From Paracoccus suum (GTDB lineage Bacteria > Pseudomonadota > Alphaproteobacteria > Rhodobacterales > Rhodobacteraceae), in NCBI RefSeq assembly GCF_003324675.1, contig NZ_CP030918.1, positions 2,790,001 through 2,822,000 of the forward strand: a stretch of 32,000 bases of DNA. Reading direction: 5' to 3'. Position numbers and translations under genes: made by a program. The notes below the pieces were generated by a model that had not been told where the DNA came from, did no database searches, and worked only from the letters and a program-made list of their open reading frames with translations. Shown here one piece after another: positions 9,172 to 17,195 of the stretch (positions within the stretch are counted from its first letter, which is position 1; the number at the start of each line of letters is the position of its first letter).

Positions 9172-10169
9172 CCGCGGCGCCCGTGCTCGAGGTGCGCGGC
9201 CTGCACCAGCGTTTCAAACTGCGCGACAGCCTGCTGGGCCGGCTCGGCATCGGCCGTCCGCCAGTTACGGTCCACGCCGTCAACGGGGTGGATTTCACGC
9301 TGGCCCGCGGCGAGGTCCTGGGCCTCGTCGGCGAGTCAGGCTGCGGCAAGTCCACGGTGGCGCGCACCATCGCCCGCCTGCATGAGCCTGCCTCTGGCAA
9401 GGTTTTCCTGGATGGCACCGACATCTCGCATCTGGGCCAGCGGGCGCTGCTGCCCCACCGTGCGCGCATGCAGATGATCTTTCAGGACCCATATGCCTCG
9501 CTGAACCCCCGCCAGCGGGTGCGCGACATCGTGGCCGAACCCATGCGCGCGCAGGGCGTCGAGCCGGCCGAGGCGCGCGAGCGTGCAGTTGGCCTGCTGG
9601 ACCGGGTCGGCCTCACGGCCGAGCAGGGCCGGCGCTTTCCGCACCAGTTCTCGGGCGGACAGCGGCAGCGCATCGGCATCGCCCGCGCTCTCTCCGTGCA
9701 TCCTGCACTGATCGTCGCGGACGAGCCGGTCAGCGCGCTCGACGTGTCGGTGCAAGCGCAGATCCTCAACCTCATGAAGGACTTGCAGCAGGAATTCGGC
9801 CTCTCCTACCTGTTCATTGGCCATGATCTCGGCGTTATCCACCACATCGCCGACCGCATCGCGGTCATGTATCTGGGCCTGATCGTCGAGACGGCACCCA
9901 AGGATCGGCTATTCGCCCGTCCGCGTCACCCCTATACGCGCGCTCTGTTTGCCGCGGCGCCCTCGATCCACCCAGGGCGGGAACCCGCGCCCGCGCCACG
10001 GGGCGAGGTGCCCTCGGCCCTCGCACTGCCCAGCGGCTGCGTGTTCCGCGGACGCTGTCCCTTTGCCTGGGACCGTTGCGCAGCCGAGCGGCCGGTGTTG
10101 CGCGACGCCGGCGACGGCCAGTCCGTCGCCTGCCATCTGTTGGAAGAGCCGGAAAGGGACAAGACATGA
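9168..10169 (+). CDS. ABC transporter ATP-binding protein (DppF/OppF type)
   Basis: ATG at 9168 overlaps the preceding stop (ATGA). Walker A GESGCGKST, signature FSGGQRQRI, Walker B LIVADEPVSALD. Confidence 0.9.
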   Translation: MTAAPVLEVRGLHQRFKLRDSLLGRLGIGRPPVTVHAVNGVDFTLARGEVLGLVGESGCGKSTVARTIARLHEPASGKVFLDGTDISHLGQRALLPHRARMQMIFQDPYASLNPRQRVRDIVAEPMRAQGVEPAEARERAVGLLDRVGLTAEQGRRFPHQFSGGQRQRIGIARALSVHPALIVADEPVSALDVSVQAQILNLMKDLQQEFGLSYLFIGHDLGVIHHIADRIAVMYLGLIVETAPKDRLFARPRHPYTRALFAAAPSIHPGREPAPAPRGEVPSALALPSGCVFRGRCPFAWDRCAAERPVLRDAGDGQSVACHLLEEPERDKT

Positions 10170-11575
10170 GCCTCATTCTGCAACGCCGGGTCGAGGTCAC
10201 CGACCCCCACGACTGCACGGATGCGGCTGACGATCTCAGCATCCTCGGCGCGATCTGCGAGACGCTGGTGCGCCGGACCCCGGATGGTTTCGTACCCGGA
10301 CTGGCGCGCGCCTGGAGTTGCAACGACGACGCGACCGAATGGACGTTCGAGCTTGTGCCGAATCGGCGCTTCGATGACGGCAGCCCGGTTGACGCTGCTG
10401 CGGTGGCGGCATCGCTGCAGCGGATGGCCCGGCCCGACCGGGGCGCGACCCTGGGCGCGCCTGCGGTCTGGCGGCAGTATCTCGGCGACCTGCAGGTCAT
10501 AACTCCCGCGGCCGATCGGCTGGTGCTGCGCCTGCCCGCCCCCATGGCGGATTTGCTGGATGTTCTCGTACAAGGCTTTATCGCTGCGCCGGGCTGCCTG
10601 CCTGCGCTGGACGATGGCCGGACCGAAGCACTGGTCGGCAGCGGCGCCTATCGCCTGTCATCCGCCGCCCAGGACGAAGTGCGGCTGGAGGCGACCGGCG
10701 ACGCGCCGAACGCCTCCCTGACCTTGCGGGCTGAGCCAGATGCGGGGCGGCGTCTGAAACGCCTGCTCGCAGGCGAGGCCGCCGTCGCGACCAACCTGCC
10801 CTGGGACAGCACCCTGCCCCGAGGCTTCACGCGCGTCGAAACCCTGGTGCCGGTCGCGATCATCTACCTGATGAACGCAGCGCAGGGCCCGCTGGCCGAC
10901 CCCCGGCTGCGCCGGGCCATCGACCTGGCACTGGACCGCGACCAGATCGTCGCCCGGGTCATGGCGGGCGGCGCGCAGCGGCTCGACGCCATCGTCAGCC
11001 CGCTGCATTTCGGTGGCCCTGCGCCCCGACAAACCGGACCCGACCGCGAGGCATCGCGGCGCCTCCTCGCCGAGGCGGGCCACGCGGACGGACTAACCCT
11101 GACTGTCAGTTGCCCCACCCGCCTTCCCGACGAGGCTCAGCGCCTTACAGCCGTCCTGGCCGAGCAGCTCGCCGCCGTCGGCATCCGACTCGACGTAACC
11201 TTGACCGAGGACCGCACCGCCTACGCCCATTCGGTCAGGAAAAAGCAGATTGGCGATCTCGCCGTCTTCGACAGCTCGCCGCTATCCACTTTCCGGGTGA
11301 TGCACGAAAAGATCGATAGCCGGGTCGCGGGCTCATGGTGGCAAGGCTTCAGCAACCCGGCCGTCGAGGCGCTGATCGACCGGGCGCGCGCCACACCAGC
11401 CCCCGGTCCCCGCGCATCCCTGTATTCCCAGGCCTGCGCCGCCATGCAGCAGGACCCGCCATGGCTGACGCTCTATAATCCCATCCGCGTGACCGGCCTT
11501 GCCGGCGATCACCCCGGCTTTACGCTGCCCGTGGACGCCGTGCCCGATTTTGCTGCGCTGCCACGCCTGCCATGA
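10166..11575 (+). CDS. Family-5 SBP-fold protein lacking any signal peptide (predicted cytoplasmic paralogue)
   Basis: ATG at 10166 overlaps the DppF-type stop (ATGA). The protein starts directly in the conserved mature-domain core (MSLILQRRVEVTDPHD...ICETLVRRTPDGFVPGLARAWSCNDDATEWTFELVPNRRFDDGSPV). The in-frame upstream extension to 10076 is Arg-rich with no hydrophobic h-region. Confidence 0.8.
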   Translation: MSLILQRRVEVTDPHDCTDAADDLSILGAICETLVRRTPDGFVPGLARAWSCNDDATEWTFELVPNRRFDDGSPVDAAAVAASLQRMARPDRGATLGAPAVWRQYLGDLQVITPAADRLVLRLPAPMADLLDVLVQGFIAAPGCLPALDDGRTEALVGSGAYRLSSAAQDEVRLEATGDAPNASLTLRAEPDAGRRLKRLLAGEAAVATNLPWDSTLPRGFTRVETLVPVAIIYLMNAAQGPLADPRLRRAIDLALDRDQIVARVMAGGAQRLDAIVSPLHFGGPAPRQTGPDREASRRLLAEAGHADGLTLTVSCPTRLPDEAQRLTAVLAEQLAAVGIRLDVTLTEDRTAYAHSVRKKQIGDLAVFDSSPLSTFRVMHEKIDSRVAGSWWQGFSNPAVEALIDRARATPAPGPRASLYSQACAAMQQDPPWLTLYNPIRVTGLAGDHPGFTLPVDAVPDFAALPRLP

Positions 11576-13014
11576 GCATCACCCTGATCCTTGGCGCGAC
11601 GATCGCAACGATGGACGACGCGCGCCGCGTCATCGACGATGGCGGCCTCGCCGTCGGGGGTGACAGCATCGCATTTGTGGGCACCCGCGCCGAAGCCGAG
11701 GCGCGCTTTCCCGACGCGCAACGCATCGATGCCACAGGCAAGCTTATGCTGCCGGGCCTTATCGACGTGCATGCCCATGCCGGGCATGGGTTGATCAAAA
11801 CCCTCGCCTATGGCGATGGCGAGCGGTGGGAAGCCCTGTGCGAGGCTGCCTACACGGTCGCTTCGACTCCTGAGTTCTGGCAGGCCGAAGCGCGCCTCGC
11901 CGCCCTGGAACGGTTGCGGTTTGGCGTCACTTGCGGCGTATCGCTGCTGGGCGGCGGCGACACGATCATGCGCAGCGACGATCCGGCCTATGCCGACGCC
12001 CATTGTGAAGGCGTCGCAAGCATCGGCACCCGCAGCGTGGTCGCCATCGGTCCCACGCGCGCGCCCCATCCTCGCACCTACGCACGGTGGCAGGATGACC
12101 GCGCCGAGCGTTACGACGTCAGTTTCGAGCAACAACTGGCAACCGCCTGTGGTGTCGCAGATCGCTGGCATGGGAGCGGAACGCTGTCGGTCGCGCTGAT
12201 CTATCCGACCCTGCGCGACGAGCACGAGCAGAGGCTTGACCCGGTCATTTTCGCCGACGCCTGCGCGCAGGCACAAGAAACGCGCGCCGCGGCCGAGGAC
12301 CGGGGGCTGGTCTTTACCCAGGACGGCCACACGCGCGGCTCGGTCCGCCGCGCAGCATCGCTGGGTCTGTTGGGGCCGCGCACCCTGCTGTCGCACGCGA
12401 CAGACCTCGACCCTGACGAGATCGCTACGCTGGCCGAAACCGGCGCCACGATTGCGCATAACCCTTCGGCCGTGGCGTCGATCCTCGGCCGCTGTCCGGC
12501 GACCGAGCTGATGGCGGCGGGCGTCACCGTGGCGCTAGGGTCGGACGCGACGGCGCCGGACCGCTCGGCCGACATGTTCCGCCACATGCAGCAGGCCATG
12601 CACTACCACCGCCGGCACTTCCGCGACCCGGCCCTCCTGCCACCCGGCAAGACGCTGGAGATGGCCACCCGGGCCGGCGCAAAGGCACTGGGAATGGAGG
12701 ACCGGATCGGCTCGCTTGAGGCCGGCAAGGCCGCGGACCTGATCCTGGTCCGGCTCGACCGGCCCCATATCGCACCACCGCTCATGCCCTTGGCCCAGGC
12801 GATCTGCTTTGCCAATGGCAACGACGTCGATTTCGTGATGATCGACGGCGTGGTCCGGTTGCAGGGCGGGCAAGCGGTGGGCGTGGACGAGCAGGCAGTC
12901 GCCGCCGACGCCATGCGCGAGGCACGCACCATGCTCGCGCGGGCGAATGGCGAGGGTCTGGACAAGCTGCCAGATGGCTTTTGGGATTTGCGCCTTGGTG
13001 CGGCCCAAGAATAG
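11572..13014 (+). CDS. Metal-dependent amidohydrolase (ATZ/TRZ / chlorohydrolase-aminohydrolase type)
   Basis: ATG at 11572 overlaps the preceding stop (ATGA). HxH in LPGLIDVHAHAGHG; later LLSHAT and ALGSDATAPD motifs; ending AGKAADLILV...FVMIDGVVR is typical of the family. Confidence 0.85.
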   Translation: MSITLILGATIATMDDARRVIDDGGLAVGGDSIAFVGTRAEAEARFPDAQRIDATGKLMLPGLIDVHAHAGHGLIKTLAYGDGERWEALCEAAYTVASTPEFWQAEARLAALERLRFGVTCGVSLLGGGDTIMRSDDPAYADAHCEGVASIGTRSVVAIGPTRAPHPRTYARWQDDRAERYDVSFEQQLATACGVADRWHGSGTLSVALIYPTLRDEHEQRLDPVIFADACAQAQETRAAAEDRGLVFTQDGHTRGSVRRAASLGLLGPRTLLSHATDLDPDEIATLAETGATIAHNPSAVASILGRCPATELMAAGVTVALGSDATAPDRSADMFRHMQQAMHYHRRHFRDPALLPPGKTLEMATRAGAKALGMEDRIGSLEAGKAADLILVRLDRPHIAPPLMPLAQAICFANGNDVDFVMIDGVVRLQGGQAVGVDEQAVAADAMREARTMLARANGEGLDKLPDGFWDLRLGAAQE

Positions 13015-13053
13015 GAGGCCAAACCTTGATCCGGACCAACAACGTTCAACGGT

Positions 13054-13285
13054 GCGCTTGACCCGAGATGGTGAGCGAGGCTTTCGACGTGATCCGCCGT
13101 CGCGCCCATATGGGCGCCACCAGTTGATCGTCACGCATGAATTGGGCTTTGCCTGCCAAGTCGCCGACCGCTTCTTGCCCACAGAGGCGGGCCGCATCGT
13201 CGAAGAAGGCCGGCCGGCTCAGATCTTCAGCAAGCCGCGCGAGGTACGGACCCGCAACTTCCTTTCCGCTGTTCTGGACCACTGA
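13054..13285 (+). pseudogene. Frameshifted 3' remnant of a polar-amino-acid ABC transporter ATPase (GlnQ/HisP type)
   Basis: Three consecutive frames each give a piece of the canonical C-terminus: ALDP (from 13054), MVSEAFDVIRRRAHMGAT (from 13068), LIVTHELGFACQVADR...GRIVEEGRPAQIFSKPREVRTRNFLSAVL (13124-13285). Walker A, signature and Walker B are absent. Confidence 0.6.
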
Positions 13286-13296
13286 CAGGAGCCGTG

Positions 13297-14514
13297 ATGC
13301 AATCGCTCGACCTTGACGCCGTAAGGGCAGAATTTCCCGGCCTTTCGCGCGGCTGGACGTTGATGGACAACGCCGGCGGCAGTCAGATTCTGCGCGGGGT
13401 CGTGGCGCGGATGACCGAGTTCCTGTTCGAGCGGAACGTCCAGATCGGCGGCACCTATGCCGTGTCGCAAGCCGCGGCCGACGCCCTCGCCCAAGGACGC
13501 TACGCCCTGGCCGAGATCATGAACGCCGCCCGGCCCGAGGAAATCGTGTTTGGTCCTTCGACCACTGTTCTTCTCCAGAACCTGGCCCGCGCCATGCGCC
13601 ACACCTTCGCGCCCGGCGACGAAATCATCGTCCATATGGGCGATCACGAGAGCAACATCGGTCCCTGGATGGGGTTGGAGGAGTTCGGCGTGACCATCCG
13701 CCGCTGGCAGCCGGCGGCCGATGGAACGCCGCTCGACATGGACGCGCTCGACGCGCTGCTGTCGGAGCGGACGCGGCTGGTCGCCGTGACCCATGCCTCG
13801 AACATCCTCGGCTGGGTCAACGACGTGGCCGAGGTTGGCCGGCGCGTGCATGCGGCTGGCGCGCGGATGGTTGTCGATGGCGTGGCTTACGCCGCGCATC
13901 GTGCGATTGACGTGCAGGCGCTGGGCGCGGACTTCTACGTCTTCAGCCTCTACAAGACCTACGGGCCGCACTATGCGGCGATGTACGGCCGCTACGACCT
14001 GCTGGAGGAGCTTGAGACGCTCTCCCACTATTTCTACGGCCGCGACCGCGTGCCCGGCAAGCTGGAACCGGGCAACCCGTCCTATGAATGCGCCTATTCG
14101 GCTGTGGCGATACGGGACTATCTTGCCGGGATCGGCGGTGCGCCGGGACGGGCCGGTATCGTCGCGGGTTTTGACGCGATTCGCCGTCACGAGGACGGTC
14201 TCACCGGCCGCCTGCTCGACTGGGCGGCGTCACGGAACGATGTGCATGTGATCGGACCGACCTCCAACCCCGACTCTCGCCGGCTGCCGACTCTGGCTCT
14301 GCGGGTGAGCGGCAAGGACTCGGATGCGCTCTGCCGCATCATGGATCAGGATCGCATCGCTGTCCGCCACGGCGACTTCCACTCGCGCCGGCTGGTCGAA
14401 ACCTTGGGCGAGACGGGACATGGCGGCCTGCTGCGCCTGTCGCTGGTGCACTACAACACGCCGCAGGAGGTTGAGGCATTCATCGCCGGAATGAGCAAGG
14501 CGATCGAGGGTTAG
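13297..14514 (+). CDS. Class-V aminotransferase / cysteine-desulfurase-like PLP enzyme
   Basis: ATG at 13297 lies 5 nt after AGGAG (GTG at 13294 is the track start). THASNILGWVND and the PLP-lysine context FSLYKTYGPH resemble the SufS/CsdA-like fold. Confidence 0.85.
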   Translation: MQSLDLDAVRAEFPGLSRGWTLMDNAGGSQILRGVVARMTEFLFERNVQIGGTYAVSQAAADALAQGRYALAEIMNAARPEEIVFGPSTTVLLQNLARAMRHTFAPGDEIIVHMGDHESNIGPWMGLEEFGVTIRRWQPAADGTPLDMDALDALLSERTRLVAVTHASNILGWVNDVAEVGRRVHAAGARMVVDGVAYAAHRAIDVQALGADFYVFSLYKTYGPHYAAMYGRYDLLEELETLSHYFYGRDRVPGKLEPGNPSYECAYSAVAIRDYLAGIGGAPGRAGIVAGFDAIRRHEDGLTGRLLDWAASRNDVHVIGPTSNPDSRRLPTLALRVSGKDSDALCRIMDQDRIAVRHGDFHSRRLVETLGETGHGGLLRLSLVHYNTPQEVEAFIAGMSKAIEG

Positions 14515-14567
14515 GTTTTACGCTCGCCAATTGCGGCGAGGGCGGCGGCCTCGATGCGGACAAAATG

Positions 14568-14594
14568 AAAGCCGGCCCTGGTGGGCCGGTTTTC
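14568..14594. terminator. Bidirectional rho-independent terminator between convergent genes
   Basis: AAAG-CCGGCCC (14572-14578) / tggt / GGGCCGG (14583-14589)-TTTT. A-run on the left and T-run on the right. Sits between the + gene ending at 14514 and the - gene ending at 14733. Confidence 0.6.
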
Positions 14595-14732
14595 TCCAAA
14601 TGCGATGGGAGGCGGCAGTCTCATTGCCGTCGCCCTTCTTCAAAGGCGGCAGGCGGGACGGCGTCGGGCTCGACGCCGCCATTCCTCCAAAGCGAGAAGT
14701 TTAGACGGTGACGGGCTGGACACCGCCGACTC

Positions 14733-15926
14733 TCACGCGGGCGCGTCGCTTCTGCCTTGCAGAAAGAAGTGCACCATGGCCGCCGAGGCGTCGGGGCCGG
14801 TCGGGTCGGTGTAGCTGCCGCTCGAACTGCCTCCGGACCAGGCATGTTGCGCGCCGTCGATCATCCAGCACTCCACGGCATTCGTCCCGTCAGCGCGTTT
14901 CGCCACCGAACGGATGTAGCCACGGGTCCCGCCCGAGGGTGCGGAAGGGGAGGCCTTGACCGCACCCTTCCCGGCAATGATCCGCGCGGCATTCGACGGG
15001 TGGACCGTGGAGTCCGCGGTGCCTTGGAACACGATTACTCTCGGGCCTTGGGCAGCGCCCGTCCGGGCATTAGGCGACGGCATTCGCACGACAGCCGGCT
15101 GCCCGCGCATGGCCGCGAATGCGGACATGGTGTCGTTGGCCGAACCATATGCGAGGCCTGAGTGGATGCCGACCGCCGCATAAAGCTCGGGGTAGGTCTC
15201 GGCCAGAATCGCCGCCATCGCCCCGCCGGCCGATAGGCCAGCGGCAAACACCCGGTCCTCCGGGATGGCGTAGCGGGCGCGCAACTCATGCGTCAGGCTG
15301 GCGATGATCGCCGGCTCACCGGCGCCGCGCCGCTGGTCCTCGGGCCGGAACCAGTTCCAGCAGGACATGGCGTTGTCGCCACCGGTCTGGGCCGGGTAGA
15401 CGACCAGCAGGCGATGCTTTTCCGCCAAGGCGTTCATTCCGGTGCCCGCGGCGAAGTCCTCGGGCGTTTGCGTGCACCCGTGCAGCATGACAACAAGGCC
15501 CCGCAGCCCCTCGTCCGCGCGCGACGGGATATACAGGCGATAGCGCCGGGCGCCCGACGGGCAGACATGGCGCAGGTCCAGGAATTGCGCGCCTTCCGGC
15601 AGCGGCAGATCGGGGGCCGGCGTGGGCCGAGGCAGGCCCGGCAGACCGTCCAGCTTCAGCCCCGGCTTGCCCGCGCGCAGCGTGCGCACGACCTCTCCCA
15701 GCGGCTTGCGCAGCCGGGCGATCCGCGGGGGGCGGCCAACTCGTGGGGCCGCTGTGGTTTGCGGCGTAACATGAAGGGCGGAAGTGCCCTCAGCGCCAGC
15801 AGTAGCCGGCCCCGGCAGGCCCGCAATCGCGAGTGCGTTGCGGACAATGTCGGTCACCCCAGCCGGGTTGCCAGAGCGCAGCGAGCCGGTCGCGCGGAGG
15901 ATCTCCGCGACGTGATCAGTACGCAT
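14733..15926 (-). CDS. PHB-depolymerase-family esterase (alpha/beta hydrolase) with a Pro/Gly/Ala-rich N-terminal extension
   Basis: 397-aa ORF. VVMLHGCTQTPEDFAAGTGMNALAEKHRLLVVYPAQ...SCWNWF and the nucleophile elbow GLSAGGAMA match the esterase/PHB depolymerase family pattern. No obvious signal peptide. Confidence 0.85.
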   Translation of the reverse strand: MRTDHVAEILRATGSLRSGNPAGVTDIVRNALAIAGLPGPATAGAEGTSALHVTPQTTAAPRVGRPPRIARLRKPLGEVVRTLRAGKPGLKLDGLPGLPRPTPAPDLPLPEGAQFLDLRHVCPSGARRYRLYIPSRADEGLRGLVVMLHGCTQTPEDFAAGTGMNALAEKHRLLVVYPAQTGGDNAMSCWNWFRPEDQRRGAGEPAIIASLTHELRARYAIPEDRVFAAGLSAGGAMAAILAETYPELYAAVGIHSGLAYGSANDTMSAFAAMRGQPAVVRMPSPNARTGAAQGPRVIVFQGTADSTVHPSNAARIIAGKGAVKASPSAPSGGTRGYIRSVAKRADGTNAVECWMIDGAQHAWSGGSSSGSYTDPTGPDASAAMVHFFLQGRSDAPA

Positions 15927-15955
15927 TATGTGTTCCTTTCCTGCCGCCGTGGCGG

Positions 15956-16375
15956 CTAGTTGATCCGTTCGGCCAGTGCGGCCTTGATCTTGGGGCTCGC
16001 CTGCAGCGCGCCGAGCACGGTCAGCGAGCCGATGGTCTGCAGCGCAAGTTCTGGTGTGACGTCGGCAGCGATGCGCACGAGGCCCACCACCTTGACCTGC
16101 AGCATCTCACCTGCAGCCCGCGCCGCCTCAAGCCGGGCCGAATTCAGTTCCAGCAGCCCAACCTCAAGCATGTGGCGGTCGACCGAGCGTGCCACCTCGT
16201 CGGACTGCTGGCGCAACTGGCTGCGAATGGCGGTCCGGATGAAATCCGTGCGGTTTGAGAAGAACCCCTCCTGCACCAGCAGGTCGATCCGCCCGAGATC
16301 GACGTAGCCGAGGTTGATCGTGATCTTTTCACTGTCCCCGCCGCGCTCGCGTAGAGGAACCACCTTGTCCGACAT
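15956..16375 (-). CDS. Ribbon-helix-helix (CopG/Arc-type) DNA-binding protein with about 80-aa C-terminal extension
   Basis: ATG at 16375 (MSDKVVPL...). RHH core KITINLGYVDLGRIDLLVQEGFFSNRTDFIRTAIRSQL. Ends 30 nt upstream of the esterase start, so probably the same operon. Confidence 0.75.
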   Translation of the reverse strand: MSDKVVPLRERGGDSEKITINLGYVDLGRIDLLVQEGFFSNRTDFIRTAIRSQLRQQSDEVARSVDRHMLEVGLLELNSARLEAARAAGEMLQVKVVGLVRIAADVTPELALQTIGSLTVLGALQASPKIKAALAERIN

Positions 16376-16428
16376 CCAGCCATCCCTACACCATCTCCAT
16401 GGATGGTATTTAGATGGCATTTGGCTGG
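16376..16428 (-). promoter_or_regulatory. Nested inverted repeats abutting the RHH gene start (candidate operator or 5'-UTR hairpin)
   Basis: CCAGCC (16376-16381) pairs with GGCTGG (16423-16428). CCATCT (16391-16396) pairs with AGATGG (16412-16417). Palindromic CCATGG (16397-16402) sits at the centre. The outer arm touches the ATG. Confidence 0.3.
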
Positions 16429-16648
16429 CGGCAAGGATTGGAACCTAGAAAGTTTGTTAGACTCGCGAGGTACCGCTTTGGCACTGGCGACCGAGCATTC
16501 CCGGCAGAGGCGCCGTTCTCGGGATGCTGGCTGCGGCAAAAAGCGGTAGGTTAATCGTACAGGGCGCAACTTGGGCCCGCCGCGTACGCATCGCTGTCGC
16601 ATTCCTCGCTAATTCAAGGGAGATCGGCGTAATTTGCTGCACGACAGC

Positions 16649-16707
16649 GCCGGCCGCCCCGAGCTTGGTGATTCCCGTGGTCCGCAACGGCGTCAAAAGC
16701 GGCCGGC
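16649..16707. other. GC-rich long-range inverted repeat (possible structured RNA/REP-like element) in a non-coding gap
   Basis: GCCGGCCGC (16649-16657) is the exact reverse complement of GCGGCCGGC (16699-16707), 41 nt apart. A small internal CCGT/ACGG stem is also present. No flanking T-run, so not a classical terminator. Confidence 0.3.
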
Positions 16708-16847
16708 CCCCTCGCTGAAGGCTGACCGGGCAACGAAACTCCGCGAAGAAAAGTCATCCCGCGACGGCGCCAAGACACCAAAAGACTATGTCAGCCGAGG
16801 GCTCTTGTATCCGCGAGCCCGCCAAGCCCTCCCTCGCGAAACACAAT

Positions 16848-16873
16848 CGCGCCGCCAGCTTCCCGGCGGCGCG
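16848..16873 (-). terminator. Stem-loop terminator downstream of the sorB-like gene
   Basis: CGCGCCGCC (16848-16856) / 8-nt loop / GGCGGCGCG (16865-16873): a 9-bp GC stem starting 7 nt after the stop. On the minus strand it is followed by ATTGTGTTTCG. Confidence 0.5.
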
Positions 16874-16879
16874 TTCGGA

Positions 16880-17191
16880 TCAGTACTGCGCCGCCAGATA
16901 GGCGCTGATCTTGGCGGCGTCCTCTTCGGTGATCTGCGCGCCATAGGTGGCGATCATCTTGTGCACCTCGGCGTCCCAGAACTTGGCGCCTTTGCCGGGG
17001 GGCTGGTACTCGATGTAATCAGCCGAATGGCAGGTGCCGCAGTTTGCCTCGGCCACGTCCATCCCATCGCCGGGCCGCAGCGTCGCGGTCTCGTTTTCGG
17101 AGGGCAGGTCATAGGTGACCGGCGCGGCGAGCGCGGGGGCAGCCAGGGCACAAGCGGAGATCAGGGCCAGTCCAAGCGTTTTCATCATCAC
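16880..17191 (-). CDS. sorB: Small periplasmic mono-haem cytochrome c, SorB-like subunit of sulfite dehydrogenase
   Basis: 103 aa. Signal peptide MMMKTLGLALISACALAAPALA and a single CXXCH (CGTCH). Lies 4 nt downstream of the molybdoenzyme gene, as in sorAB. Confidence 0.8.
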   Translation of the reverse strand: MMMKTLGLALISACALAAPALAAPVTYDLPSENETATLRPGDGMDVAEANCGTCHSADYIEYQPPGKGAKFWDAEVHKMIATYGAQITEEDAAKISAYLAAQY

Positions 17192-17195
17192 CTCC

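Noticed and set aside
16524-16718. 64-aa ORF in the non-coding gap upstream of the RHH gene
   Set aside because: No Shine-Dalgarno, an odd composition and no recognisable motif. It also overlaps the GC-rich inverted repeat, so the region is better described as non-coding.
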